Source of the DNA: Geobacteraceae bacterium
Lineage (GTDB): Bacteria > Desulfobacterota > Desulfuromonadia > Geobacterales > Geobacteraceae
Assembly: GCA_041495805.1 (NCBI GenBank)
Contig: JBGQDJ010000001.1
Span: 1 to 31,240 of the forward strand
Reading direction: 5' to 3'
Length of the DNA: 31,240 bases
A model generated the notes under the pieces. That model was not told the DNA's origin and made no database searches. It worked only from the letters and a program-made list of their open reading frames with translations. The position numbers were made by a program, and so were the translations under genes. Below are positions 16,863 to 24,990 of the stretch, in pieces; position 1 is the stretch's first letter; each line of letters begins with the position of its first letter.

Positions 16863-18542
16863 TCAACATGGTTTGCTGCAGAAATAGATATCTTCCCTTC
16901 TATCCAGTCCGAATCTTTGGATAACCTCATCGCTTAGCTCTTTGACGAATCCGTCAACGTTTACGACAAAACCGGCTTTCTCCAGCCTATCTTTGTAATC
17001 CAGTCCGTACCAGCGGACATGGTCCGCCTGCCCGAAATGGTGGTATCGTTCCTCGGGAGAAACGATGTTCGGGTCTTCGAAGGTTTTGTCCCGATCGAGA
17101 TCCAGCGGCGATTGCAGCAGTGCCCAGCCACCGGGCCTCAGCACACGGTACAACTCAGTCATTGCCTTGTGATCGTCGACAATATGTTCAAGGACATGGA
17201 TACAGATTATAACATCAACGGATTTATCCTCCAGGGTGATGTCGGTGATGTCCATTTTGACCATGGCCGATGGCAAGAAGAGGTCGGCGCTCAGGTAGGA
17301 GATATTCGGCAGTCTGCTCAGAACCTCCTGGAGAAAACCCTCCGGGGCAAAATGAAGGAGCTGCAGGTTGTCGCGGAGGATGTTGGTTCTTTCCTTCAGG
17401 TACATCCAGAGGAGCCTATGCCGGGCCAGTGAATTGCATTGCGGGCAGAGCGCGTTGTGCAGGGGGGGGATGCCGAAGGGCAAAAAACGTGGGAACTTCT
17501 GTTCGCAACAGGGGCAATATTTATTTAAGGAAAGGGGAATGTCGAGATTCTGGGGATAGTGTCGATAGAGTGTCAGCAGGTTTTCTTTTGCCTGGGCGTG
17601 CCAAACTGTCTTATCCAGGCTCGCCTCAAAAGCCTTGAAGAAAAAACTCTCGGCTTTCCTGTATTTGCCCGCCTGCATCAGAATCACGCCCAGGTTGACT
17701 AACGCGTCGCTGTTTATGGGATCTACGGCAAGGGCCTGCTGGAAGAGAGCTTGGGCAGTTGATGACATCCCAAGTTTAAGACAGATTTCGCCGACCGGCA
17801 TCAGGATGTCGGCGGGAAAAGTTGTCTTTTTCAGAGAGTTCACGAGTTTTTCCAACGAAGGAAGTATATCGCCGAGTTTGCGCGCTACCTCTTTCAACTG
17901 CTGCTGTTCCGAATCCTTTGCCGTGGCGGCCAGGGATACAGTCGCCGGGGAATTGAAGCCAGCCGGCCCGGGAGGGTCGCCATTGTCGCGGATATTGTCG
18001 TCTTCCCAGAAAAGAAAACCAGGCTGATCCTTTGAAATCGCTCCCGTTTGCCTTACCCTGTTCACCAACTCGGTAAGGCAGGGATCTCCCTCTCTAATGC
18101 AGAGGGCGTCTATGACTCCCGGAATCATATGCTGATCAAAGTATTCAGAGCGGGAACAGTCCGAGCCGCTGGCGACAAAGAGCGCATCGGGAAGCCTCTC
18201 CCTGAGCATCCGGGCAAAGAGGGGAAAGGAATAACGGGCGCCGCTGTTGACCGTAAAGCAGACGATATCCGGTACGGACCGGGCGATCCGCTCCCCGTAG
18301 CCGGCGAAGACCTGTCTGTGCTCATGGAACAGCCGCTCAACCACCTCCTTTGTTTCCCATTGGATGGAGTTGGCGTCGATCCACAGCTCCTGGCATCCGG
18401 GGAGGTCGTGATAGGCTTCGATATTGAGGTCGAAAAGCTGGGTGTGATGCCCGTCCCTTTCCAGTTGTGCCGAGAGGAGGAGAAGCGCGGGATTCGGAGC
18501 CCAGACGGCCCATGCGGGGCAGGCGACCATGGCTATTTTCAT
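16863..18542 (-). CDS. B12-binding domain + TPR + Cys-knuckle SAM-methyltransferase fusion lacking a radical-SAM domain
   Basis: N-term PNPALLLLSAQL...DLNIEAY...GDPCL.EL is typical of class B B12 domains, but no CxxxCxxC follows. TPR ALVNLGVIL; CPCC...CPQCNSLARHRLLW; LHFAPE...DITDI...IHVLEH...LRPGGW. GGAG RBS. Confidence 0.85.
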   Translation of the reverse strand: MKIAMVACPAWAVWAPNPALLLLSAQLERDGHHTQLFDLNIEAYHDLPGCQELWIDANSIQWETKEVVERLFHEHRQVFAGYGERIARSVPDIVCFTVNSGARYSFPLFARMLRERLPDALFVASGSDCSRSEYFDQHMIPGVIDALCIREGDPCLTELVNRVRQTGAISKDQPGFLFWEDDNIRDNGDPPGPAGFNSPATVSLAATAKDSEQQQLKEVARKLGDILPSLEKLVNSLKKTTFPADILMPVGEICLKLGMSSTAQALFQQALAVDPINSDALVNLGVILMQAGKYRKAESFFFKAFEASLDKTVWHAQAKENLLTLYRHYPQNLDIPLSLNKYCPCCEQKFPRFLPFGIPPLHNALCPQCNSLARHRLLWMYLKERTNILRDNLQLLHFAPEGFLQEVLSRLPNISYLSADLFLPSAMVKMDITDITLEDKSVDVIICIHVLEHIVDDHKAMTELYRVLRPGGWALLQSPLDLDRDKTFEDPNIVSPEERYHHFGQADHVRWYGLDYKDRLEKAGFVVNVDGFVKELSDEVIQRFGLDRREDIYFCSKPC

Positions 18543-18577
18543 TTTATGCTCCGTATTTTAATATCTATCCTGACAAA

Positions 18578-18605
18578 GCCCCCTCCTGATGAGGAGAAAG
18601 GGGGC
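18578..18605 (-). other. GC-rich hairpin in the predicted 5' leader
   Basis: GCCCCCTCCT-GATG-AGGAG-AAA-GGGGGC; begins ~3 nt after the TSS predicted from the sigma54 site. Confidence 0.45.
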
Positions 18606-18618
18606 GCTGCCATATATT

Positions 18619-18634
18619 TGCAACGCCCATGCCA
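18619..18634 (-). promoter_or_regulatory. Sigma54 (RpoN) -24/-12 promoter, internal to the island
   Basis: Minus strand TGGCATGGGCGTTGCA, a near-perfect TGGCACG-N4-TTGCW. Confidence 0.8.
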
Positions 18635-18693
18635 CCGGTGAATCAGTGTAACATCCTGAATATAATGGACAAAATCATGGGAGTGCGGCCGCT

Positions 18694-18729
18694 GTCAAAA
18701 AATTGAACAATCGTAGTCATGAAATTGGT
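18694..18729. promoter_or_regulatory. FleQ/FgrM-like enhancer box pair (copy 2)
   Basis: GTCAAAAAATTGAA (18694-18707), 61 bp from the -24 GG, plus GTCATGAAATTGGT (18716-18729) 22 bp further on. Confidence 0.6.
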
Positions 18730-18756
18730 CCGCCAACACTCCTCATAATATGCGAT

Positions 18757-18783
18757 GGTTTGCCCTCAGAAAGGGCATAAACC
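18757..18783 (-). terminator. Possible stem-loop terminator downstream of the FkbM gene
   Basis: GGTTT-GCCCT-CAGAA-AGGGC-AT-AAACC hairpin ~35 nt after the stop. No U-tract, so the call is weak. Confidence 0.3.
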
Positions 18784-18818
18784 CGGGGCTACGGAGCAAC
18801 GGAAAAAATGGGAGAAAA

Positions 18819-19577
18819 TCAGAAGTTGAAGACGTTCAATCCCTTTTTCACGCAGACGATGTTCTGTACCGCGAAGATCTCGCAAAAGATGGGACTGTAT
18901 CTCCTGATGAAGAGCGCCCCCTGGTTGGTCAGGCGGAAGAAATCGTATTCGGGGAGGAAGTCGAAAAAATCCTTGAAGAAAGTCCGGGAGATGACGTTCA
19001 TTTCATTGAACTCGAACTGGATGACATCGACGGCACCGCTCCGGATCGTCTTCTCTCCCCCCCGGAAAATCGCCATCTCGTGCCCCTCCGTATCCGCCTT
19101 GAGGAGATGTATCCTGTCGATGCCATTTTCACCCACAAACCCGTCAAGGGTCATTATCCTTACGCTATGGGAAAGCGCCTCACCATGGTGGATCTCTTCT
19201 ATGACCCCCCTGTGGACGGAGGCGTGCTCGGAGCCGTCCTGGTTGGCATAATCGTAGAGAAGAGCATCGCTCTTCGTCTCACCCAGCCCGCAGTTGTAAG
19301 GATGGAATCTATGACCGAAATAGTTATCCTTCAATTTTTCAAATGTGACCGGATGGGGTTCGAATGCATAGACGACAGCCGTTTCATTCAGATTCATCAC
19401 AGTTTCAGAAAATTTCCCCACGTTTGCCCCCACGTCAAAAACAACAGGGGAGGTCAATGCAGGCAGGTAGCCTTCGAGAAACATCTCTTCACCATTGCTG
19501 CCGCTGTCGAAGTTAGTGACGCCGATCTGAAGCAATGCGTCGAAATACTGTTCTACCGCTCCCATGATGTTCTCCAT
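18819..19577 (-). CDS. FkbM-family SAM-dependent methyltransferase
   Basis: VVFDVGANVG, VYAFEPHP, IHLLKADTEGHEMAIFRG, IQFEF. Alternative start 19565 with GGAG RBS. Confidence 0.92.
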   Translation of the reverse strand: MENIMGAVEQYFDALLQIGVTNFDSGSNGEEMFLEGYLPALTSPVVFDVGANVGKFSETVMNLNETAVVYAFEPHPVTFEKLKDNYFGHRFHPYNCGLGETKSDALLYDYANQDGSEHASVHRGVIEEIHHGEALSHSVRIMTLDGFVGENGIDRIHLLKADTEGHEMAIFRGGEKTIRSGAVDVIQFEFNEMNVISRTFFKDFFDFLPEYDFFRLTNQGALFIRRYSPIFCEIFAVQNIVCVKKGLNVFNF

Positions 19578-19610
19578 CCCGTTGTATTGATGTTTCTTTG
19601 CGCTTAACGT

Positions 19611-22600
19611 TTACCGGCCGAGGGCGGCTATGCCGCGGGAAGCCGCACTGTTCCGCGGATCTATTGTAAGGGCTTGGGCAAAGAGCTCGCGCGCGTCTTC
19701 CCTGTTTCCGGCCAGAAAGCTGAGGTTGCCGAGATTGACAACCGATTCCGGATTTCCGGGGTCAAGGGTGACGATCTCCCGGCAAGCCTCTATCCCTTTC
19801 CTCAGATCTCCCATCTCCACATAAAGGGAGGCGAGATTTTTCAGGGCGTCGGAATTGCCGGGGGAGAGGCGGGTGACGTGCGCAAATTGTTCCGCAGCCC
19901 GTTCCGTTTCTCCCCTGTCGTAATAGAGAAGCCCAAGGTCGTTCAGGGCAACGCAGTGGTTGGGGGAGAGCCTGAGCAGGTGCCTGAGCAGCAGTATCGC
20001 GCCCTCGTAATTATTCGCGGCGATCATGTGGCCGACATTCCCGTAGAGGTTATCAATGCTTTCCCGGTATCTGCTGAACTCGGTAAAACCCGCATCCAGG
20101 GGATCGGCGGATGGGAGCCCGGGATGAAGATGCTTCGGGGACGGGCTGTATCTGCCGCTGAAGAGTATCTGGAACGCGCTCATTTCTGCGAAATCGGCGT
20201 CCGATACATTGGCAAGGGTAACGTTTCCGTGATTAACAGTGCGCTCCGGACCGGATGGGCGGAGATGGGCGCATCCGTCAGTCCCCAGATAGGTCACGCT
20301 GTCGCAACGGATGCCGCTGTAATCAAGAAGCCTCAGGAACTCCGCGCGGGTGAAGAAGCGGAGGTGGGTGTTGTCCAATATCCCCTCGTCCTGGTATCGC
20401 CAGTTGGCGTTTTCCGCCAGGCTGCAGAGGAGGGGGAGGTAGCGGACATTGGGGATGCTGGCAATGAGTGTCCCTCCAGGCTTTAGATAGGTCGCGTAAA
20501 GCCGGGCGATGCGCCAGGGGTCCTTCAGGTGTTCCAGCACGTCCGCAAATATTATGCAGTCGAACTCCCCCTGCCGGAAGGGAGGTGAGAATGCCTCCAG
20601 ATCGGCGTGATATGCCCTGTCCAGGTTAATCCGCGCATGGTGAATTGCATCCGAATTCATCTCTATGCCGGTGACTGTCCGCTCCGGAGACTGCTCCTTG
20701 AGTGCCTTACCCAGAAGCCCTGCGCCGCACCCCACGTCCAGGATGCTTTTTGCCTCCGCCGGCACCACGGTGAATATCTCCGGCCTGACATGGCGGTAAT
20801 AGCCGGGGAGATCGCCGATGGGCCTGATTTCACAGGGCAAGCCGGTTGTTGAGGCTTTCCCGGATGGGTTCCCTTTCGCAACCGCTACGCCTATTTCCCC
20901 GAATATCTCAAGGAGCCTGGATGCGTAGGTATGCCCCTGCACTGCCCGATGTCCCGACTGCGCGATGACGGCAAGCTCATCCTTGTGCTCCAGAAAATAA
21001 ACGATCTTTTCCACCGCTTCGTCCAGTGTCTGGTATGAGACATAATCCACCCCTTCCCGGAAAAAAACCCCCATGTCCGATGTGACGTTGCTGACCAGGA
21101 GCGTCCCGCAAGCCAGGGTCTCGAAGACCCTCATGTTGAGGTCATCCTTTGCCGAGAGATTGAAGCAGATCCACGATTCATTGATGATGCGCCGGTATTC
21201 GTCAAGGATGGGGCCGTTTTCGAATCTTACGTTCAGCCCGAGTTCCCTGAGACGGTTCCCCATTTCTACCCTCTGGGGGAACTGAAACCCGATGCAGGAG
21301 ACATCGTATCTCTTTTCAACGCCGGGCTCTAAGAAATGGATCTCCGGGTCGTATCCGTAGGGGAGGTAGCGGGCACTGTTGCCGAAAAGTCCCATGTAGG
21401 GAGACTGCATTGAGTAGAACCAGGGGGAGCACTGGGCCGCGTGGCCGTAAGTGATCGATTCCATGTGCGGGTCGGTGGCGATACTGACGAAGCGAATATT
21501 CTGATATCCCAGGTTGTTGCAGACATGCATGTCCCCGTCGATCTGCAATACAACATCGGGCCTGACTCCGGTCAAGGCTTCGATCCTTCCGACTATATGG
21601 GATGCCTTGTAGAAGTTGGCCTTATCCACGATGATGTCGGGGACATCGATAGCCTCTTCATAACTCCGTTCCGTGGGCCAGCCGACCTTGTCTCCGCCGA
21701 ACCAGCCGATGCTGATGAAGTTGGCTCCCATCTGGCGCAGGGCGGTTTTGAACATCCTCCCGACTGTCAATGGGGTATGCCCGTAGATGATGGCGATCAG
21801 CGGCGAGCCTTCCTGATGACGGCGGCCGGCAGAAGATGCCATGCATGCAACGCTGGCAGTCGGCGAGGGTGCGGCGGAGCGTTCGCTCGGGATGACCTCC
21901 CTGGCGCCCCTTTCCTGCCAGGGGAGAAGGATCTTCCCCTCTTCGCCGGTGAGGTGGTCGTAATTTCCGGCTGCCGCGTTGACCGGGTCGATGCGGGTAT
22001 AGAAGGCCAGCTTTCTCTCCCGCTGCGCCAATGAAAAATATCCGTAATGCTTTACGTTCAGGTCCAGATGACGCGTCTTGCCTGGAATGTTGGAAGGGAC
22101 GCTGCCGCAGTGGAAGTTCCCGCCGTTGCCGGTAGCCCCGAAACAGAGGGCATTGCTGTCGATCCCCAGGTCGGACACCCGGAAAAGACGCGGATGGCGG
22201 AGATTGGCGTAGCGGCCGTCAACCCTGTAAGCGTCGTGGGCGTCCCACATATAGAGGAAGTTGAAGGTGAAAACCGTAACATCCGGAAGGGCGCAGGCGA
22301 TTTCCCGACGCAGTAAGTAAGGAGCGATATCCTCCAAGACCTCGTCTCCGTCCAGAGCGAGGAGCCAGTCGGGAGATTCATCAAGGGCCATCCGGAGAAG
22401 CCGGTTCTTGTCCCTGACCTCATCGGTGACAGGCTCATTCTGATATTCATAGCGGATCACCTTCGGGTGTGACCTGCAAAGCTCGGGAGTGCGGTCGGTC
22501 GAACCGTCATCGAGGATAACGAAGCCGTCTGCTACCTTTGCCGCCATATGCAGGGTCTGCTCGATATACTGTTCCTCGTTCTTGATGCGCAGCATGCCGA

Positions 22601-23228
22601 TGACCCGCGGCTTCGGCCAGGTTGTAAGGCGTGCGGCAAGCTGGGCCCCATCAGGGCTCTGCCATACGTTAACGGAGCTGCCGAAGCGTGAGAGGTGCCC
22701 GGCAAGTTCTTCACTGCGAAAGTGCCAGACGTGGGTCGGGTCGTCATGGAAATGGTCGAAGGGGACTATGATGATAACCGGGGCGCCGGGTTTGAGAACA
22801 CGATAGATCTCCCCGAAAATGGCGCCATGATCACTTATATGTTCGAGGGTGTGGGATATGAAGCAACAATCGAAGGAGTTGTCGCTGAAAGGGAGGGATT
22901 CAATAATAGATTGATGAAAGGATATGCGGTTTCTAACATCCGCCGGCTCTACCTCCAGGTGTTCCCTTGCCACTTGCAGCGCCTCGGTGCAAAGATCAAC
23001 CGCCTCTATTCGCACATCCGCCTTTGTGCGCGCAAGCCAGATGTCTATCTCTCCGGTCCCGCAGCCGAGATCAAGAACAGTACCGCATATTTCGCTGTTC
23101 CCGCATATGGTCCGGGTGGCAAAGTGGTTTTTCCAGTACTCGAGTGTGAATGCGTTCGAATTGCTCATCGCCCGTTCCCGGTACATATCCCTGTATGTGG
23201 AGGCAAGGTCTGAAGATTGGATGGACAT
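19611..23228 (-). CDS. Five-module protein: MTase + GT2 + CgeB-type GT + MTase + TPR
   Basis: MTase VLDLGCGTG...SHTLEH; GT2 MLRIKNEE...LDDGSTD...WLLALDGDE; CgeB LPYGYDP...NMRVFETLACGTLLV...HTYASR; MTase ILDVGCGAG...FADVLEH; C-terminal TPRs. AGGAG RBS. Confidence 0.9.
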   Translation of the reverse strand: MSIQSSDLASTYRDMYRERAMSNSNAFTLEYWKNHFATRTICGNSEICGTVLDLGCGTGEIDIWLARTKADVRIEAVDLCTEALQVAREHLEVEPADVRNRISFHQSIIESLPFSDNSFDCCFISHTLEHISDHGAIFGEIYRVLKPGAPVIIIVPFDHFHDDPTHVWHFRSEELAGHLSRFGSSVNVWQSPDGAQLAARLTTWPKPRVIGMLRIKNEEQYIEQTLHMAAKVADGFVILDDGSTDRTPELCRSHPKVIRYEYQNEPVTDEVRDKNRLLRMALDESPDWLLALDGDEVLEDIAPYLLRREIACALPDVTVFTFNFLYMWDAHDAYRVDGRYANLRHPRLFRVSDLGIDSNALCFGATGNGGNFHCGSVPSNIPGKTRHLDLNVKHYGYFSLAQRERKLAFYTRIDPVNAAAGNYDHLTGEEGKILLPWQERGAREVIPSERSAAPSPTASVACMASSAGRRHQEGSPLIAIIYGHTPLTVGRMFKTALRQMGANFISIGWFGGDKVGWPTERSYEEAIDVPDIIVDKANFYKASHIVGRIEALTGVRPDVVLQIDGDMHVCNNLGYQNIRFVSIATDPHMESITYGHAAQCSPWFYSMQSPYMGLFGNSARYLPYGYDPEIHFLEPGVEKRYDVSCIGFQFPQRVEMGNRLRELGLNVRFENGPILDEYRRIINESWICFNLSAKDDLNMRVFETLACGTLLVSNVTSDMGVFFREGVDYVSYQTLDEAVEKIVYFLEHKDELAVIAQSGHRAVQGHTYASRLLEIFGEIGVAVAKGNPSGKASTTGLPCEIRPIGDLPGYYRHVRPEIFTVVPAEAKSILDVGCGAGLLGKALKEQSPERTVTGIEMNSDAIHHARINLDRAYHADLEAFSPPFRQGEFDCIIFADVLEHLKDPWRIARLYATYLKPGGTLIASIPNVRYLPLLCSLAENANWRYQDEGILDNTHLRFFTRAEFLRLLDYSGIRCDSVTYLGTDGCAHLRPSGPERTVNHGNVTLANVSDADFAEMSAFQILFSGRYSPSPKHLHPGLPSADPLDAGFTEFSRYRESIDNLYGNVGHMIAANNYEGAILLLRHLLRLSPNHCVALNDLGLLYYDRGETERAAEQFAHVTRLSPGNSDALKNLASLYVEMGDLRKGIEACREIVTLDPGNPESVVNLGNLSFLAGNREDARELFAQALTIDPRNSAASRGIAALGR

Positions 23229-23263
23229 GGGTCATCTCCTGTTTTTATCTCGAAAGAGTTGAA

Positions 23264-23279
23264 TGCAAACAGCATGCCT
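23264..23279 (-). promoter_or_regulatory. Sigma54 (RpoN) -24/-12 promoter
   Basis: Minus strand AGGCATGCTGTTTGCA = GG-N10-GC, about 35 nt upstream of ATG 23228. Confidence 0.7.
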
Positions 23280-23386
23280 CGTATCCGAACGCAAAATATG
23301 GGCGTGTTTACGGCAAACAGGGTGATAATAGCACCCTCCTCTGTGCGGTCTGAAAGGATGTTATTGCACGGAATTTTGTCCGGGAA

Positions 23387-23422
23387 GTCAAAACTTTGAA
23401 TGATTCGAGTCAAAACGGCATT
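23387..23422. promoter_or_regulatory. FleQ/FgrM-like enhancer box pair (copy 3)
   Basis: GTCAAAACTTTGAA (23387-23400), with a 16/17-nt match to copy 1 (AGTCAAAAYTTTGAATG). Half-matching GTCAAAACGGCATT lies 22 bp further on. Confidence 0.6.
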
Positions 23423-23480
23423 AATTAAACATATTGAAACATAGCGAAGCTGAATCGCATTTAAATAGTCTGTTTATCAT

Positions 23481-23507
23481 TAAAGAATCGTTTATAAGAG
23501 ACGATAT
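23481..23507 (+). promoter_or_regulatory. Sigma28 (FliA)-like promoter
   Basis: TAAAG-N14-GACGATAT: canonical spacing, one mismatch to GCCGATAT. Confidence 0.6.
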
Positions 23508-23551
23508 GTATTATAAAAGGAGAGCTGATTTGTCGCTGACAGGAAAAGATA

Positions 23552-23749
23552 ATGTTCCGGACGATACAAAATATAGTAGCCATTCTCAATGGCTATGGTA
23601 ATGGCAAGCTTCTTGAATGCAGGAAGATGAAAGGCCGGAATAAGTCCGGAGTGAAAGATCTGGTTTCCATTTCCGATGAGGCTCGAGAGAGGTTTCTGTC
23701 GGATGGAGATGAAACAAATTTTGAACCGACCAGACCGGGAGATAGATGA
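23552..23749 (+). CDS. Small protein (65 aa) with FlgM-like DxVxISxEAR motif
   Basis: AGGA RBS. Contains DLVSISDEARERF. Its stop (23747-23749) is followed 1 nt later by the RBS-supported cyclase ATG. Confidence 0.55.
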   Translation: MFRTIQNIVAILNGYGNGKLLECRKMKGRNKSGVKDLVSISDEARERFLSDGDETNFEPTRPGDR

Positions 23750-23750
23750 T

Positions 23751-24899
23751 ATGATTACAGGAACAGCCTTCGGGTATGACTATTTGAGCCGCGAAAAAGG
23801 TAAATCGAGGTTGTGGTCCGGAGACAAGGGCGGAAGTGAGACCTTGTTTCTTCAAAAGGAACTTGCGGGATTGAGTTTTCTCGCTACCTTTGCAAAAGAT
23901 GTCGGCTTCAGCTTGAATCCGGATGAGGTGCTAAACACCGCGGCGAAACTCCTTTACGACTATTTCCAGTACAGCTTTGCGGTCTTTTCTCTTGCGGAAG
24001 GGTCCGGCGGATTGACCGGTTATTCCCCCCTTGATTCAGCCGGATGCAGGAGGAGTTGGCTTAAGGTGGTCAAGGAATACCCTGAGATGAAATACCGTTC
24101 GATAAACGGCCATCTTTTGCTTGGACTCGCCACTCCCGTGCTTCCGATGCATGCCGACAATCAGCCGGTAGTTATTGAACTCGGGGACAATATAGGGACG
24201 ATAACGCTGTTCGGTTGCGAGGAAGACGCGAGACAGGCTGAGTATGCCATCCTGGCAGGTGTCGCCGGATGTTTGACAACCGCCATCAGGAATGCCCGGG
24301 AGCATGACAGGGTGAAGGAACTTTCCCTGCGGGACAGCCTTACCGGGCTCTATAACCGCCGCATCCTGGAGGAAATACTGCATCTTGAGGAAAACAAGAG
24401 GAGACAGACGCCATTGGCGCTCCTGCTCATCGATGTTGATAATTTCAAGGCAATAAACGACACGTTCGGCCACCCGGCCGGAGACAGTGTCCTTACCGTT
24501 TTGGCTAAAATACTGATGGATAACTCCCGCAAGGAAAATATCGTTGCCCGCTACGGCGGTGAGGAATTCGCGGTTCTCCTCAACAATACCGGGCTGGATA
24601 CCGCTTTGCAGGTTGCGGAACGGCTGAGAATGAAATTGAGCGAACAGGAATTCACCTTTTCGGGACGTAAGGTCAGTTTTACTGCCAGTATAGGTGTCTC
24701 GCACAACGATGGCGTTACGGCAATTCCGGAAACCCTGTTGTCAAGAGCCGACCAGGCCCTTTACCAGGCCAAGAGGAGCGGTAAGAACCGGGTCTGTTCC
24801 CACGAAGTCGCGCAGATTGCAATATTGCCGGAGAAAAGAAGACGACCTCCCGTAAGGATTGGGGTCAATCGCTTTGATGGCGCAACCATAGCCGGATAA
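23751..24899 (+). CDS. Diguanylate cyclase (GGDEF) with GAF-like N-terminal region
   Basis: DSLTGLYNRR, LLLIDVDNFKAINDTFGHPAGDSVL, ARYGGEEFAVLL, ADQALYQAKRSGKNRV. Start ATG 23751 with GGGAG RBS (track gives 23676). Confidence 0.93.
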   Translation: MITGTAFGYDYLSREKGKSRLWSGDKGGSETLFLQKELAGLSFLATFAKDVGFSLNPDEVLNTAAKLLYDYFQYSFAVFSLAEGSGGLTGYSPLDSAGCRRSWLKVVKEYPEMKYRSINGHLLLGLATPVLPMHADNQPVVIELGDNIGTITLFGCEEDARQAEYAILAGVAGCLTTAIRNAREHDRVKELSLRDSLTGLYNRRILEEILHLEENKRRQTPLALLLIDVDNFKAINDTFGHPAGDSVLTVLAKILMDNSRKENIVARYGGEEFAVLLNNTGLDTALQVAERLRMKLSEQEFTFSGRKVSFTASIGVSHNDGVTAIPETLLSRADQALYQAKRSGKNRVCSHEVAQIAILPEKRRRPPVRIGVNRFDGATIAG

Positions 24900-24915
24900 G
24901 TCTCTTTATCTTATC

Positions 24916-24968
24916 AAAAAAGGAAAATCACGAATTCCGGGCTCTGTCTGGAATTAGGGATTTTTTTT
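24916..24968. terminator. Bidirectional intrinsic terminator between convergent genes
   Basis: A-tract..AAAATC..AATTCCGG-loop-CTGGAATT..GATTTT-T-tract. Confidence 0.6.
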
Positions 24969-24990
24969 GCGTTGGGTGGTTAGCCAGTTA

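Noticed and set aside
17462-17469. G8 tract (also G7/C7 at 6123, 14513, 19057 and T8 at 13755) as phase-variation switches
   Set aside because: All genes are in frame, and a rough estimate gives several runs of 7 or more and one or two of 8 or more by chance in 31 kb at this GC. Only read-level length heterogeneity would revive the idea.
18740-18790. Minus-strand GGGCAAACC suggested a c-di-GMP-I (GEMM) riboswitch
   Set aside because: No GNRA-capped P2 or GACGCAAAG/P3 downstream; the sequence is explained by a simple hairpin.
18543-18818. Possible cobalamin riboswitch upstream of the B12-domain genes
   Set aside because: No AGGGAA, GCCCCCGCAACTGT or B12-box elements; the predicted leader is only ~65 nt.
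23165-23413. 82-aa minus-strand ORF and other short ORFs across intergenic 7634-8376 and 23150-23399
   Set aside because: They overlap promoter elements and real gene starts, with no RBS or motif.
23602-23617. Plus-strand TGGCAAGCTTCTTGAA as a sigma54 promoter for the cyclase
   Set aside because: The -12 GC is replaced by GA, and it lies inside the small ORF.
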